Origin: Candidatus Latescibacterota bacterium
Lineage (GTDB): Bacteria; Latescibacterota; UBA2968; GCA-2709665
Assembly: GCA_963667175.2 (NCBI GenBank)
Contig: CAXXXF010000003.1
Location: 384,001-448,000, forward strand
DNA: 64,000 nucleotides
Direction of reading: 5' to 3'
Part shown: one piece after another, positions 62,311 to 64,000 of the stretch
Numbering within the stretch: position 1 is the stretch's first letter
Layout: each line of letters begins with the position of its first letter
Program-made: the position numbers and the translations under genes
The notes under the pieces: generated by a model
Databases searched by the model: none
Told to the model about the DNA's origin: nothing
What the model saw: only the letters and a program-made list of their open reading frames with translations

Positions 62311-63093
62311 ATGTTGGGAGGTCTGGCCGTGGCTTGTTCAATCTCAGCAAGATCCGGATACCTGTTCCAGATCGTGTTGCTGGTTTTAATGGCGGCGTGC
62401 GCATCTCCCAACCGGAGTATCGCACCCCCTGTGCCGGCCGCCAGCGAGGATTTCGATCCGCAAAGCCTCAACGACGACGACCTTGTGCTGAAACCGCCTG
62501 CCGGGGCGGAAACGCCCGACGCGGATCAATCCGCCGAGGCCGCGCCGGCCACGGTTCAGATCGATGGATTTCGCGCGCAGATCGCCGTGGTGTCGAGTCT
62601 CGAACGGGCCGAAAAGGTCAAGAACGAAGCCGTTGCGAGACTCGGGGCGCCGGTATACGTATACCGCGACCCGGACACCGGTCTGCACAAAATTCAGGTG
62701 GGAAACGGGAGGACCGCGGCAGAGGTCGAATCCCTGCGCCAACGCGCCAAGAACCAGGGGTATCCCGAAGCATTCATTGTGCGAACCGGAATCGAAGTGT
62801 CCCGTGCCGAAATCTATGGCCCGGATCCCGTGGACGGTTACCGCGTTCAGATCTTTGCGGCATCGAGCCGCGCGGCTGCTGAAGCCGAAAAGGCCAACGT
62901 CCGAGACACACTCGGACAGGACGACGTTTACATAGAATCCGAGCCGCCGTACTTCAAGGTCCGCATCGGCAATTTCATAACGAGGGAAGCCGCTGAAGGG
63001 CTGATGGAGAGACTTAAGGCATACGGATACGATACGACGTTTGTGGTCCGGACACGCATCACAACAATCACAGAACAGACAACCGGCAACTGA
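62311..63093 (+). CDS. lipoprotein with two SPOR domains
   Basis: LMAAC lipobox; GFRAQI...HKIQVG and GYRVQIFA...YFKVRIGNF. Confidence 0.88.
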   Translation: MLGGLAVACSISARSGYLFQIVLLVLMAACASPNRSIAPPVPAASEDFDPQSLNDDDLVLKPPAGAETPDADQSAEAAPATVQIDGFRAQIAVVSSLERAEKVKNEAVARLGAPVYVYRDPDTGLHKIQVGNGRTAAEVESLRQRAKNQGYPEAFIVRTGIEVSRAEIYGPDPVDGYRVQIFAASSRAAAEAEKANVRDTLGQDDVYIESEPPYFKVRIGNFITREAAEGLMERLKAYGYDTTFVVRTRITTITEQTTGN

Positions 63094-63234
63094 ACGCGTA
63101 CGGGGTTGACCGTGACGGTCCCGCTGCCTTGACCGCCTCGAACACAGGCCTGCAATGCGCGACCGGTCCGTCGCCCGATCCACCGGAGTTTCCCGGTGAC
63201 CGGGCTTCCGGATCGATTTCTCCAGAATGTTCAG

Positions 63235-64000
63235 ATGAGAGTTAGCCCGCTGTCCCTGAAAGTCGCGTCTTGCAGCCTATTGGTTCTGTTTCTGCTCACG
63301 GGATGTTCGACGACCAGAAAGGTCGCGAAGATTCCCGAAGCCGAAACCCCGACTCTGACTGAGAAGGCGCCGGAGGCCGCCGAGGGTTCCACGGCAGTCA
63401 GGAAGGAACGCCCGCGTCCGGACAGCAAACGGATTCGGCGAGCCTCGGAGACACTCGGGAAGGCACTCCGCGATGAAACCGCGTTATCCGTGGAACGCCT
63501 GTGCATTCTGCTCACCGATTCCACGATAACCGGAACCTTGACGCAGGAGCGCCACCTCGAATTGCTTCGCACGGCGTTCGAGCGCTATCGGAAGATGATT
63601 CCGCCATCCGCGCTCGTACGGCCGAACGCCGCAATGGCGCGGCTGCTCAACGCGATTCCCGGCAGCCTCCGGTCGCAATTGCGCGAAGACGTTCATTTCA
63701 GGGAACTCTACGTCCGCAAGCTGGCAGGCTCCGCGGATGTTCCGGTCGACTACAATTCCGAGGTCGTCAAGACGATCCGTTATTTCCAGACCACCGCCCG
63801 GAAGGCATTCAAGGCCTGGCTTTCGCGTTCACCTCTCTATATCCCGATGATTCGGGAAGCACTGCGTGACGCGGGTCTTCCGGAGGACCTGGTCTATAAG
63901 GCCATGATCGAAAGCGGCTTCAACCCCAGAGCCTATTCACGTGCAAGGGCAGTTGGCATCTGGCAGTTCGTTCGGGGCACGGCCCGGCTTTACGGTCTCA
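63235..64000 (+). CDS. lytic transglycosylase (MltD-like) lipoprotein, truncated by window end
   Basis: Not in the ORF track; translated by hand: LLTGC lipobox, GLPEDLVYKAMIESGFNPRAYSRARAVGIWQF. Confidence 0.9.
   Translation, partial: MRVSPLSLKVASCSLLVLFLLTGCSTTRKVAKIPEAETPTLTEKAPEAAEGSTAVRKERPRPDSKRIRRASETLGKALRDETALSVERLCILLTDSTITGTLTQERHLELLRTAFERYRKMIPPSALVRPNAAMARLLNAIPGSLRSQLREDVHFRELYVRKLAGSADVPVDYNSEVVKTIRYFQTTARKAFKAWLSRSPLYIPMIREALRDAGLPEDLVYKAMIESGFNPRAYSRARAVGIWQFVRGTARLYGL

Overview
64 kb of a high-GC bacterial chromosome with about 60 genes. No rRNA, tRNA, CRISPR array or intact transposase/integrase is visible. Housekeeping genes (ilvC, glyA, pyrB, dcd, a cold-shock gene, cutA, sppA, a ROK kinase, SPOR and MltD-like genes) are mixed with catabolic genes and a long, mostly plus-strand run of small accessory enzymes (HAD, GNATs, AAC(3)-like, three NUDIX, two APH-like, S9 peptidase, methyltransferases). 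There are five intact or decaying toxin-antitoxin-like loci, a decayed sigma-54 module and many palindromic dispersed repeats. Internalin-like LRR, TPR-like and Kelch proteins suggest a host-associated organism, possibly a sponge symbiont (inference only). Main items for follow-up: (1) a translationally coupled RHH-GNAT-XRE triad with its own promoter and operator-like palindromes; (2) plant-plastid-like ATCase and KARI in the same window; (3) four attenuator-like leaders (pyrB, glyA, an ABC exporter, the cold-shock gene); (4) a 290-bp MITE with a 9-bp target duplication; (5) three two-copy composite repeat families, one bracketing 13 kb in inverted orientation. All family assignments come from motifs read by eye and recalled homology. 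No searches were run.
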